64,000 nt of DNA. Origin: Deltaproteobacteria bacterium (lineage in GTDB: Bacteria; Myxococcota_A; UBA9160; PR03). Of this stretch, positions 53,201 through 61,440 are shown in pieces (within the stretch, counting starts at the first letter, position 1; each line of letters opens with the position of its first letter). The notes below the pieces were generated by a model. It was not told the origin of the DNA. It saw only the letters and a list, made by a program, of their open reading frames with translations, and did not search any database. The position numbers and the translations under genes were made by a program. The stretch spans positions 9,660 to 73,659 of the forward strand of contig JAPSFT010000010.1 in assembly GCA_035063765.1 (NCBI GenBank), read 5' to 3'.

Positions 53201-53356
53201 CCCGGCCTGCGCCCACCGCCGGGCGGCATCGTGGTGCGGCCGCCGCTCGCGCGCCCGCTCGCGCGCGTCACCGTGGACGGCGCGCCGGTCCCGGACGTTG
53301 GCGGAGACACGCTCACCCTGCGGCGCACGCCGGCGATCGTCTCGATGGAGTCGTGA
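50273..53356 (+). CDS. Uncharacterised glycoside hydrolase: CBM11/CIA30-like + discoidin (F5/8C) + beta-sandwich + (alpha/alpha)6 barrel
   Basis: LDDF..MRLDYDF N-terminal module; ATASS..WRS..QWLALDFG..FEVQASGDG discoidin; LQPGPRRYTRSWIRDG, EHDSHGQ, SYWDDFWALRG, WNQWPE, GDVPHAW; ATGA overlap with the GH94 gene; no signal peptide. Confidence 0.8.
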   Translation: MTDALLDDFRDVSAWSAVASGEAQLAITSGAGPDGGAAMRLDYDFRGGGGFVVARRSLPLALPSAWALALRVRGAAPANKLEIKLADPSNRNVWWWHRDAFELPAEWTPLRIRSSEVAFAWGPAGGGVLRELGALEIAIAAGPGGRGSLWIADLRFEDRSLAGPPRATASSAAPGRDPECALAAGGSGWRSAPGAGGTQWLALDFGREHEYGGLVVDWAEEGAPRAFEVQASGDGASWATLWSARQAEGERSYVYLPGGSSRHLRLHLLEPAAGAGGFAIRSLEVQPFEFSRSLAEFFHAVAAREPRGRHPRWLHREQSYWTPAGVAGGTTAAILNEEGLLEPDRGSFTLEPFLFAGGTLGTWADAAIDLTLARGWLPIPSVTWRWRGWSLETTAFAVAEASGAAARVRYRLVNEAADTPRVRLFVALRPFQVSPPWQSFQGIGGTAPIRTLAWRDGAVEVDGIARVWPLGTPTGFGAAAFEQGGVLRALARGELPARAEVADPFAHASGALLFELELAPGAAGEIELAVPFVEREPLGPVALGSEPAGTLREVTEAWGEALGRVRIALAADAGCVDALRTAAGHVLAVRDGPALQPGPRRYTRSWIRDGATMSAALLRIGCAGPVRDFLAWYAPHQAADGNVPCAVDRSGPDWLPEHDSHGQLVFTLVEYARFTGDLAFARRLWPAAQRAVAYLEGLRAQRCTPEYRAPEQRARFGILPESASHEGYLAQPVHSYWDDFWALRGIGDAADLARALGEEAEALRLAALRDALHASLYASIEATIEERGLAYVPGSVEWADFDPAATATALTTTDAAERLPPGVLAATYDEYLAGLRRRRRGEIEWNNYSAYEIRILGALVRLGRRADAHELLAFFLGDRRPRAWNQWPEISWRDPRSPGHLGDVPHAWIGAEYVLALLAMFAYERPADGALVVAAGVSDAWLDAGEVAVAGLPTWWGSLSYTLRRSGPGALRLELGPGLRPPPGGIVVRPPLARPLARVTVDGAPVPDVGGDTLTLRRTPAIVSMES

Positions 53357-53359
53357 GCG

Positions 53360-54349
53360 CTACGCCTGCTCGCCACGCGCCTCGGGAAGCTGGTCGCGGA
53401 TGCGCTCCCAGGCGATCGCCGGGAGCACCTCGTCGACCACCTCGAGCGCGCTCTGCACCGCGCGGCTCGCCTGCTCGACCGAGCGCACCCCACCCGCCAT
53501 CGCCTCCTGGAGCGTCCGGGTCTCCTTGCCGACCGCGGCCTCGACCTGGGCCAGCAGCCAGTCGCTGTCGCGCCGCAGGAGCGCGACGAAGTCGCGCACG
53601 AGCCGGCCCCGGATGCCGGCCGCCACGCCCTCGAGCACGCACGCCTCCCACAAGGGCGAGCCGCGCTCGGGATAGTCGCCGCCCCACCCCTTCACGACGC
53701 CCTGGAGGCTTTCGGCCGTGCGCGCGAACCCCTCGCCGAGGAACGCCCTGCGCACGTCGGCCAGGCGCCGCCGGCGCGCGCTCTCGATCTCGTCGGGCGT
53801 GGCCGACGCCGGGGGGCGGCTCGGGTCGGGCCAGGTCCGTCCCTTCTCCCCGAGCAGCGCCACCACGCGCGCCACCGCGAGCTCACCGGCCTCCGCTCGC
53901 AGCCGCTCCGCGATCGCATGGCGAGCGCGCGGCACGAGCTCGTGCGAGCCCTTGCCGGCCGCCCCCATCACCTCGAGCTCCCCGAGCAGCGTCTGGATCG
54001 CGTCGAGGTCGCTCCCGGAGAGCCCCGTGCCGAGCTCCCCGTGCATCCGCTCGATGTCCTCGCGCATCGCGCGATGCGCGGCCTCGACGCGCTGCGCCCG
54101 CTCCGCGGCGAGCTCCTCGGCGCTCCGCTTGCGCGCGGTGGGGGACGCCAGGCTCGTGGCGCCCCCCGCCCGGCGCTGCTCCTCGATGCGCTCGTTCAGG
54201 CCCCGGATCGCGGCCTCGAAGTCGGCTTCGACCCGGGCAAAGCCGCTCTGCGGCCCGGGGGCGGCTGCCGGCTCGGGTTTCGCTCGGAACAGCCGGCCGA
54301 GGGAGTCGAGGAAGCCGAGACCTCCTCCCTGTGCTTCCGGGGTGGGCAT
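53360..54349 (-). CDS. Hypothetical all-helical/coiled-coil cytoplasmic protein
   Basis: AAGGAG RBS, TAGCGT -10 upstream, natural amino-acid composition; no family recognised. Confidence 0.75.
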   Translation of the reverse strand: MPTPEAQGGGLGFLDSLGRLFRAKPEPAAAPGPQSGFARVEADFEAAIRGLNERIEEQRRAGGATSLASPTARKRSAEELAAERAQRVEAAHRAMREDIERMHGELGTGLSGSDLDAIQTLLGELEVMGAAGKGSHELVPRARHAIAERLRAEAGELAVARVVALLGEKGRTWPDPSRPPASATPDEIESARRRRLADVRRAFLGEGFARTAESLQGVVKGWGGDYPERGSPLWEACVLEGVAAGIRGRLVRDFVALLRRDSDWLLAQVEAAVGKETRTLQEAMAGGVRSVEQASRAVQSALEVVDEVLPAIAWERIRDQLPEARGEQA

Positions 54350-54525
54350 GGGCTCTCCTTCCGATCCGCCGACACGGGTGGGACGCTATCGGCGGCGCGT
54401 CATCGGGCCGTGTAGCCGCGGCTGGTCCGGCTCGGAACGAACGGGGAATGGGTTCTCGTCATCGCGGTCCTCGCTTTCTCGGGGAGGAGCGGACCAGGCG
54501 TCCAAGCCCGGTCCGCCGGGGAGAC

Positions 54526-55947
54526 TCAGGGCGCGAGCGGCTGGGGGATGGTCGGCGCGGGGGGCGCTTCCTGCCAGCCCCCGCCGAGCGCGCGATAGAG
54601 GGCCACCACCGCGTTCAGCTCGTCGCGCTGGGTGCGCGCGAGGTCGAGCTCGGCAGGGAAGAGCTGCTGCTGCGCGTCGAGCACCTCGAGGTAGGTGGCG
54701 AGCCCGCCGACGTAGCGGATCCGCGCGATGCGCAGCGATTCGCCGAGAGCCTCGACCGCGCGCCCCTGCTCGACGCGCATCTGGGCGAGCTTCTCGCGCG
54801 CCGTCAGCGCGTTCGAGACGTCCTGCAGGGCGACCAGCACCGACTGCTGGTAGTCGTGGAGCGCCGCCTGCGCGCCCGCCTCGCTCGCGCGCCAGCCGTA
54901 CCAGGTGCGGCCGAAGGTGAAGAGCGGGCCGACGGCGCTGCCGACGAGCGTCCAGAAGCTCGGGCCCGAGAGCGCCGAGTCGAGCTCGCCGCTCGTGCGG
55001 CCGGCCACCGCGGTGAGTCCGATGCGGGGGAAGAACCCGGCGAAGGCCTCGCCGATGCGTGCCGTCTCCGCGTGCAGGACCTCTTCGGCCTCGATCACGT
55101 CCGGCCGGCGCTCGAGGAGCTGCGACGGGATCCCGGGCGGGACCTCGGGCGGGAGCTCCTGCGCCGTCAGCACCGCGCCGCGCTCGATCTCGCCGGCGGG
55201 GCGGCCGAGCAGCACCGACAGCTCGTTCTCCTTGGCGACGATCCGCCGCTCGAGGTCGGGGAGCGACGCCGCGGCCTGCGCCAGCGCCGCCTCGCCGCGC
55301 AGGTAGTCGAGCTTGGAGGTGACGCCGCCGCGGAACTGGCGCTCGAAGAGGTCACGGGTCTCCCGGAACGACTCGACGGTCCGGCGCGTGATCGCGAGCT
55401 CGAGGTCGAGCTCGCGCAGCTCGAAATAGGCCTGTGCGACGCCGGTCACGAGGGAGAGGACGATGCCGCGCCGGAACGCCTCGCTGGCGAGCATCTCGGA
55501 GCGCGCGGCCTCGGTGGCGCGCCGGATGCGGCCCCACACGTCGAGCTCCCAGGCTGCGTTCAGCACGCCCAGGTAGAGGCTCTCGGTGCCGGTGTCGGGC
55601 GTCGGCGAGCCGAAGGTCGCGTCGTGCTCGCGATGGACGTCGAGCTCGTAGCCGGCGTCGGGAAACAGCTCGCCGCGCTGCACGGCGGCGAGGCCGCGCG
55701 CCTGCTCGACCCGCGAGGCGGCGGCCAGCAGGTCGCGATTGTTCGCGAGCGCCTCCTCGACGTGCGCGCGCAGCACGGGATCGCGGAACACCTCGAACCA
55801 CGGCAGGTCCGCGATCGAGGCCGGGTCCTCGGCGCTCGCGCGGTAGGCGGCAGGCGCCACCCCCTCGGGACGGCGGTAGCGCGGGCCGACGGCGCAGCCG
55901 GCGAGCGCCACGGCGAGCAGCGCCGCGAGCGCGCCGCGCGGCGTCAC
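54526..55947 (-). CDS. RND efflux outer-membrane lipoprotein (NodT/OprM family)
   Basis: [13 protein letters not shown] lipobox, [49 protein letters not shown]; GTGA overlap with the permease. Confidence 0.95.
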   Translation of the reverse strand: MTPRGALAALLAVALAGCAVGPRYRRPEGVAPAAYRASAEDPASIADLPWFEVFRDPVLRAHVEEALANNRDLLAAASRVEQARGLAAVQRGELFPDAGYELDVHREHDATFGSPTPDTGTESLYLGVLNAAWELDVWGRIRRATEAARSEMLASEAFRRGIVLSLVTGVAQAYFELRELDLELAITRRTVESFRETRDLFERQFRGGVTSKLDYLRGEAALAQAAASLPDLERRIVAKENELSVLLGRPAGEIERGAVLTAQELPPEVPPGIPSQLLERRPDVIEAEEVLHAETARIGEAFAGFFPRIGLTAVAGRTSGELDSALSGPSFWTLVGSAVGPLFTFGRTWYGWRASEAGAQAALHDYQQSVLVALQDVSNALTAREKLAQMRVEQGRAVEALGESLRIARIRYVGGLATYLEVLDAQQQLFPAELDLARTQRDELNAVVALYRALGGGWQEAPPAPTIPQPLAP

Positions 55948-58900
55948 GGGTGCCCTCCGCCGGGCGGCGTGGCATCGCCTGCCGGCGGCGCGGGCGCCGG
56001 GGCGGGCGCACGGCTCCGGCCCGCGAGCCGCTCGACGACGTAGAACGACACCGGGATCAGGAAGATCGCGAGCAGCGACGCGGCCAGCATCCCGCCGATC
56101 ACCGTCGTTCCGATCAGCTTGCGCGCCTCCGCCCCCGAGCCCGAGGAGAGGGCGAGCGGGACCACGCCCAGGATGAAGGCGAAGGCGGTCATCAGGATCG
56201 GGCGCAGGCGCAGCCGCGCGCCGGCCAGCGCGGCCTCGGCGGCGCTCTTGCCCTGCTCGTGCTCGAGCTTCGCGAACTCGACGATCAGGATCGCGTTCTT
56301 CGCGGCGAGCCCGATCAGGGCGACCAGGCCGATCTGCGCGAACAGGCTGTTCTCGAAGGCGCGCAGCCAGAGCGCCAGGAAGGCGCCGAAGACCGCGATC
56401 GGGATCCCGAGCAGGACGCTGAAGGGCAGCGACCAGCTCTCGTACTGGGCGGCCAGGATCAGGAACACGACCAGCAGCGAGAGCGCGAAGATGGCGCCGG
56501 CCGAGATGCCCTCCTGGGCCACCTTCTCCTGGAACGACATGCCGTTGTAGTCGAAGCCCATCTCGCGGGGCATGGTCTCCGCGAAGACCTGCTCGAGCGC
56601 CCGCATCACCTGCGCGGAGCTGAAGCCCGCGTTCGCGGTCACGTTGATCTGCGCGGCCCGGTACTGGTTGAAGCGCATCGTGAACTCGGGCCCCGCGGTC
56701 GGCTTCATCTCGACCAGCGCCGAGAGCGGCACGCTCTCGCCCGCGTCGTTCAGCACGCGGAACTGGCCGACGTCCTCGGCGCGCGTGCGGAACTCGCCCT
56801 CGGCCTGCACGTAGACCTGCCAGGTGCGGCCGAAGCGGTTGAAGTAGTTGACGAAGTAGCCGCCCATGAAGGCCTGGAGGGTCTGGAACACGTCTGCGAT
56901 CGCGACGCCCTGCTTGAGCGTCTTGTCGCGGTCCACGTCGGCGAAGAGCTGGGGCACGTCGGCGACGAAGACCGTGGTCGCCGACGCGATCTCGGGGCGC
57001 TTGCGGGCCTCCGCGAGGAAGCGCTGGGTCTGGGCGGCCAGGAACGCGGGGGTCCCGCCCGAGCGGTCCTCGAGCATGAAGGTGACGCCGCCGGCGGTGC
57101 CGACGCCGGCGATCGCCGGCGGCGGGAACGCGAAGGCGATCGCCTCGGGGAGCTTCCCGAGCTCGCGGTTGATGTGGGCCTTGATGGCCGCGTACTGCTC
57201 GTCCGGCGCGGTGCGCTCGCCCCACTCGTCGAAGGTGACGAAGAAGAAGGCGTTGTAGGTCGCGTACACCGTCGAGAGCAGGCTGAAGCCGACGACGGTG
57301 TTGTAGCTGTGGACGCCCGGGGTCTCGGCGAGGATCCGTTCGATCTGCTGGCACACCACGTCGGTGCGCTGGAGCGACGCCGCGTTCGGGAGCTGGACGG
57401 CGAGGTAGAGGTAGCCCTGGTCCTCCTCGGGCAGGAAGCCGCTCGGGAGGCGCGAGCCCACGAGCCCGGTGAGCACCGTCACGCCCAGCAGCAGCAGCAT
57501 GGCGCGCGCGGACTTGCGGATCAGGACGCTGCACCCGTGCACGTAGCCGTCGGTGACGCGGCCGAAGACGCGGTTGAACCAGCGGAAGAAGGCGCCGAGC
57601 GGGCCGCGCGCCTCCTTGCGGGGCTTCAGGAGCAGCGCCGCCAGCGCCGGCGAGAGGGTCAGGGCGTTGAAGGCCGAGAGCAGCACCGAGATCGAGATCG
57701 TCACCGCGAACTGCTGGTACATCCGGCCGGTGATGCCGGGCACGAAGGCGGTGGGAAGGAACACGGCCGTGAGGATCAGGGCGATCGCGACGACGGGGCC
57801 CGACACCTCGGACATCGCCTTCAAGGTGGCGTCGCGCGGCGAGAGCCCGTGCTCGATGTGGTGCTCGACGGCCTCCACCACCACGATCGCGTCGTCCACC
57901 ACGATGCCGATCGCGAGCACCAGGGCGAGCAGCGAGATCGTGTTGATCGAGAAGCCGAAGAGCGGGAAGAAGACGAAGGTGCCGATCAGCGAGACCGGCA
58001 CCGCGAGCAGCGGGATCAGGGTGGCGCGCCAGCCCTGCAGGAACACGAACACCACCAGGATCACCAGCACGATCGCCTCCCAGAGCGTGTGCAGGATCTC
58101 CGTGATGCCTTCGCTCACCGCGAGCGTGGTGTCGAGCGAGACCTCGTAGTCGAGGTCGGCCGGGAAGCGCTGCTTCAGCTCCTCCATCAGCGCCCGCGCC
58201 TCGCGGATCGACTGCAGGGCGTTGGAACCGGGCTTCTGGTAGATGGCGACGATCGCCGCCGGCTTGCCGTTCAGGCGGCCGGTCACGTTGTAGGACTGGG
58301 CGCCGAGCTCGATGCGGGCCACGTCGCGCACGCGGATCACCGAGCCGTCCGGCATCGCGCGCACCACGATGTCGCCGAACTCCTCCGCGTCGACGAGGCG
58401 GCCCTGCGCGCGCACCGTGTAGGTGAACTCCTGGCCCGGGGGCACCGGCTCGCTGCCGACCTGGCCGGCCGGGTTCACCCGGTTCTGCTGCTGGATCGCC
58501 GAGACGATCTCGGGCACCGTGATGCCGCGCTGGGCGAGCACGTCGGGCCGGACCCACATGCGCATCGCGTACTGGCCGGCCCCGAAGATCGAGACCTGGC
58601 CCACGCCGTACACGCGCGACATCGGGTCGTTCACGTTGATGTACGCGTAGTTCGCGAGGAACTCGGCGTCGAAGGTGCCGTTCGGCGAGTAGAGCGAGAA
58701 GAGCGCGAGCGGGCTCGTGGTCGACTTCTTGATCGTGACCCCGTAGCTGCGCACGTCCTCGGGGAGCTGCGACTCCGCCTGCGACTGGCGCATCTGGGAG
58801 AGCACCTGGTCGATGTTGGGATCGGTGCCGACCTCGAAGTAGACGTAGAGCGTGCTGTTCCCGGCGTTGGTGTTCACCGAGTACATGTAGATCGAGTCGT

Positions 58901-59117
58901 CGACGCCGCTCATCTGCTGCTCGATGGGCGTCGCCACCGCCTGCTCGGCGGTGAGCGCGTCGGCGCCGACGTAGGTGGTCGCGAGCTGGATCGCGGGCGG
59001 CGCGATGTCGGGGAACTGCGCGATCGGGAGCTGCACGATGGCGACGAGACCGAGCAGCACGGTCAGGATCGAGATCACGATCGCGACGATCGGGCGCCGG
59101 ACGAAGAACGACGACAC
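55944..59117 (-). CDS. RND efflux permease (HAE1, AcrB/MexB-like)
   Basis: [69 protein letters not shown]. Confidence 0.97.
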   Translation of the reverse strand: MSSFFVRRPIVAIVISILTVLLGLVAIVQLPIAQFPDIAPPAIQLATTYVGADALTAEQAVATPIEQQMSGVDDSIYMYSVNTNAGNSTLYVYFEVGTDPNIDQVLSQMRQSQAESQLPEDVRSYGVTIKKSTTSPLALFSLYSPNGTFDAEFLANYAYINVNDPMSRVYGVGQVSIFGAGQYAMRMWVRPDVLAQRGITVPEIVSAIQQQNRVNPAGQVGSEPVPPGQEFTYTVRAQGRLVDAEEFGDIVVRAMPDGSVIRVRDVARIELGAQSYNVTGRLNGKPAAIVAIYQKPGSNALQSIREARALMEELKQRFPADLDYEVSLDTTLAVSEGITEILHTLWEAIVLVILVVFVFLQGWRATLIPLLAVPVSLIGTFVFFPLFGFSINTISLLALVLAIGIVVDDAIVVVEAVEHHIEHGLSPRDATLKAMSEVSGPVVAIALILTAVFLPTAFVPGITGRMYQQFAVTISISVLLSAFNALTLSPALAALLLKPRKEARGPLGAFFRWFNRVFGRVTDGYVHGCSVLIRKSARAMLLLLGVTVLTGLVGSRLPSGFLPEEDQGYLYLAVQLPNAASLQRTDVVCQQIERILAETPGVHSYNTVVGFSLLSTVYATYNAFFFVTFDEWGERTAPDEQYAAIKAHINRELGKLPEAIAFAFPPPAIAGVGTAGGVTFMLEDRSGGTPAFLAAQTQRFLAEARKRPEIASATTVFVADVPQLFADVDRDKTLKQGVAIADVFQTLQAFMGGYFVNYFNRFGRTWQVYVQAEGEFRTRAEDVGQFRVLNDAGESVPLSALVEMKPTAGPEFTMRFNQYRAAQINVTANAGFSSAQVMRALEQVFAETMPREMGFDYNGMSFQEKVAQEGISAGAIFALSLLVVFLILAAQYESWSLPFSVLLGIPIAVFGAFLALWLRAFENSLFAQIGLVALIGLAAKNAILIVEFAKLEHEQGKSAAEAALAGARLRLRPILMTAFAFILGVVPLALSSGSGAEARKLIGTTVIGGMLAASLLAIFLIPVSFYVVERLAGRSRAPAPAPAPPAGDATPPGGGHP

Positions 59118-59120
59118 CCC

Positions 59121-60371
59121 TCAGGGCTCCGGGGCCGGACCGGGCGGCGTCGCGGCGGGCGGCGGCTCGCGTTCGGGCAGGCCCGCCACCGGCTCCGCGG
59201 GGCTCTCGACGCGAGGCGGAGGGCCCGGCGTGCCCGCGAGCTCGGCCGGAGCCTCCTGGGCCGCGACCTCCATCCCGGGCCGGACCTTCTGGAAGCCCTC
59301 GACGACCAGCCGCTCGCCCGGCGCCACGCCCTTCCGGAGCACGCGCAGGGTGCCCCAGGCGGGCCCGAGCTCGACCGTGCGCAGCTCGACCTTGGCGTCG
59401 GCCCCGACGACCGCCACCTGCCCGATGCCCTGGAGGTCCTGGATCGCGCGCTGCGGCGCCACGACGGCGCCGCGCAGGACGTTCGTCTCGACGCGGATGC
59501 GCGCGTACTGCCCGGGGCGCAGGAGCTGGTCGGGGTTCGGGAAGACGCCCTTCACGGTGATCGTGCCGGTGCGGGGGTCGATCTCGCGGCCCGCCGGATA
59601 GCCGGTGCCGCGGTGGGGATAGGAGCTGCCGTCGGCGAGGATCAGCTCGAGGCTGCCCGGGCGGAAGTGGCCCTCGCGCAGCGCCTCCTGGAAGGCCTGG
59701 GCGAAGCGCAGGTACTCCTGCTCGCTCACGGGGAACTCGACCTGGATCGGGTCGAGCTGCGAGATCGTGGTGAGCGGCTGGGGATCGCTGGGCCCCACGA
59801 AGTCGCCGAGCTGGCGCTGGGCGATGCCGACCAGGCCGTCGATCGGCGCGCGGATCTCCGTGAAGCCGAGCTCGATCCCGGCGCGCTCGGCGGCCGCCTT
59901 CGCCGACTGCACGGAGGCCTGGTCGGCGAGCTCGCGCTGCACGGCGTTGTCGAACTCCTGCTGGCTCACGGCGCCGTCGGCCACGAGCGGCCGGTAGCGG
60001 GCCACGTCGAGGCGCGAGCGCTCGAGCGCGGCCTGCGCGCGCGCCAGGTCGCCGCGCGCCTGGTCGAGGGCGGCGCGGAACGGGCGCGGGTCGATGCGGA
60101 AGAGCAGGGTGCCCTTCGCGACCCGCGAGCCCTCCTGGTAGTCGCGCGAGACCAGGTAGCCCGAGACCTGCGCGCGGATCTCGGCGTCGACCGAGCCCTC
60201 GGTGGTGCCGAGCCACTCGTTGATCTCCGGGACGTCGCGCGCCACCGCCTCGACGGTCAGCACCTCGGGAGGCGCGGGGGGCGCCGGAGCCTCGGGGCCG
60301 CAGGCGGGGGCGACCGCGAGCAGGGGGAGCAGGAGGTGGGGCCAAGCGGTCCGGCGCCAGGCGATCGGCAT
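59121..60371 (-). CDS. RND efflux periplasmic adaptor (MFP)
   Basis: PAC lipobox-like, EIRAQVSG, LLFRIDPRPF, IRAPIDG, LRPGQY; GGGAG RBS before ATG 60371 and TACGAT -10. Confidence 0.93.
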   Translation of the reverse strand: MPIAWRRTAWPHLLLPLLAVAPACGPEAPAPPAPPEVLTVEAVARDVPEINEWLGTTEGSVDAEIRAQVSGYLVSRDYQEGSRVAKGTLLFRIDPRPFRAALDQARGDLARAQAALERSRLDVARYRPLVADGAVSQQEFDNAVQRELADQASVQSAKAAAERAGIELGFTEIRAPIDGLVGIAQRQLGDFVGPSDPQPLTTISQLDPIQVEFPVSEQEYLRFAQAFQEALREGHFRPGSLELILADGSSYPHRGTGYPAGREIDPRTGTITVKGVFPNPDQLLRPGQYARIRVETNVLRGAVVAPQRAIQDLQGIGQVAVVGADAKVELRTVELGPAWGTLRVLRKGVAPGERLVVEGFQKVRPGMEVAAQEAPAELAGTPGPPPRVESPAEPVAGLPEREPPPAATPPGPAPEP

Positions 60372-60535
60372 CCACGCTCCCGGTGACACTCGAGGTGCGG
60401 CGGATCGTAGCGGCGTCGATCGGGTCCGTCCCGGCCGGGGCCGCGCCGGGCGGGGTCCGCGCCGAGCTGGATCTGGGTCCGCGCCGAGGCGGGTCGCGTT
60501 CGTTACCCTCGGGCCCCGCGCCAGGAGAGGATGTC

Positions 60536-61153
60536 ATGCTGTCCGACCAGACCCGCCAGCGCATCGACGCCGCCATCGCCTCGGGCCCGGTGGTGCTCTT
60601 CATGAAGGGCGACCGCCGCCAGCCCCAGTGCGGCTTCTCGGCCACCGTCGTGCGCATCCTCGACGAGCTGCTCCCCGAGTACGCGACGGTGGACGTGCTC
60701 TCGGACCCGGAGATCCGCGACGGCATCAAGGCCTACTCGAGCTGGCCGACGATCCCGCAGCTCTACGTGAAGGGCGAGTTCCTGGGCGGCTGCGACATCG
60801 TGAAGGAGCTCTACGGGAGCGGCGAGCTGCACGGGAAGCTCGGCGTGCCGGTGCCGGAGCGGCGCGTGCCGAACCTCCACGTGAGCGACGCCGCGGCGGC
60901 CTTCCTGCGCGACGCCGCGACCCGCGCGGGCGGCAAGGAGATCCACCTGCGCATCGACCGCGCGTTCCAGAACGAGGCCTACCTCGGGCCCGAGGAGCCG
61001 GGCGAGATCGCCGCCGAGTCGAACGGGGTGCGGATCCTGCTCGACCTGGCGAGCGCGGGGCGCGCCGAGGGCCTGGTGATCGACCACGTCGAGACCCCGG
61101 GCGGCCACGAGCTCCGCATCGACAACCCGAACGCGCCGGCGGGGCGCTCCTAG
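60536..61153 (+). CDS. grxD: Monothiol glutaredoxin (Grx4, CGFS) fused to a cysteine-free IscA/HesB-like domain
   Basis: VLFMKG..PQCGFS, YSSWPTIPQLYVKGEFLGGCDI; C-terminal LHVSDAAA..SNGVRILLD..EGLVIDHV..LRIDNPNA. Confidence 0.9.
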   Translation: MLSDQTRQRIDAAIASGPVVLFMKGDRRQPQCGFSATVVRILDELLPEYATVDVLSDPEIRDGIKAYSSWPTIPQLYVKGEFLGGCDIVKELYGSGELHGKLGVPVPERRVPNLHVSDAAAAFLRDAATRAGGKEIHLRIDRAFQNEAYLGPEEPGEIAAESNGVRILLDLASAGRAEGLVIDHVETPGGHELRIDNPNAPAGRS

Positions 61154-61163
61154 GCCCGCCGGA

Positions 61164-61421
61164 ATGCCTCGCATGCTCGACACCGAGGCCCCCACCGGCA
61201 CGCGCCTGCGCGACGCGATCGCGGGTGCGCTGCCCGGCGCCGTGGTCGAGGTGCGCGCCGCGGGCGCCGGCCACTTCGAGCTGCGCGTCGTCGCCGAGGC
61301 CTTCCGCGGCCGCTCGCGCCTCCAGCAGCAGCAGCTCGTGTACGCCGCCATCGCCCCCCTCATGGCCGGCGACGCCCCTCCCGTCCACGCCATCGACCAC
61401 CTCGCCACCGAAGCCCCCTGA
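61164..61421 (+). CDS. BolA/IbaG-family protein
   Basis: GHFELRVVAEAFRGRSRLQQQQLVYAAI..VHAI; adjacent to Grx4. Confidence 0.9.
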   Translation: MPRMLDTEAPTGTRLRDAIAGALPGAVVEVRAAGAGHFELRVVAEAFRGRSRLQQQQLVYAAIAPLMAGDAPPVHAIDHLATEAP

Positions 61422-61440
61422 GTCCCGGGGAGCGGTCCCC

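Noticed and set aside
54526-60371. RND efflux triad as a novel system
   Set aside because: It is a standard HAE1 MFP-RND-OMF operon with intact proton-relay residues; only the absence of an adjacent regulator is notable.
61164-61421. BolA lacking His in the QQQQLVY segment
   Set aside because: This matches the IbaG-type pattern, and the His in HFE and the His in VHA are retained.
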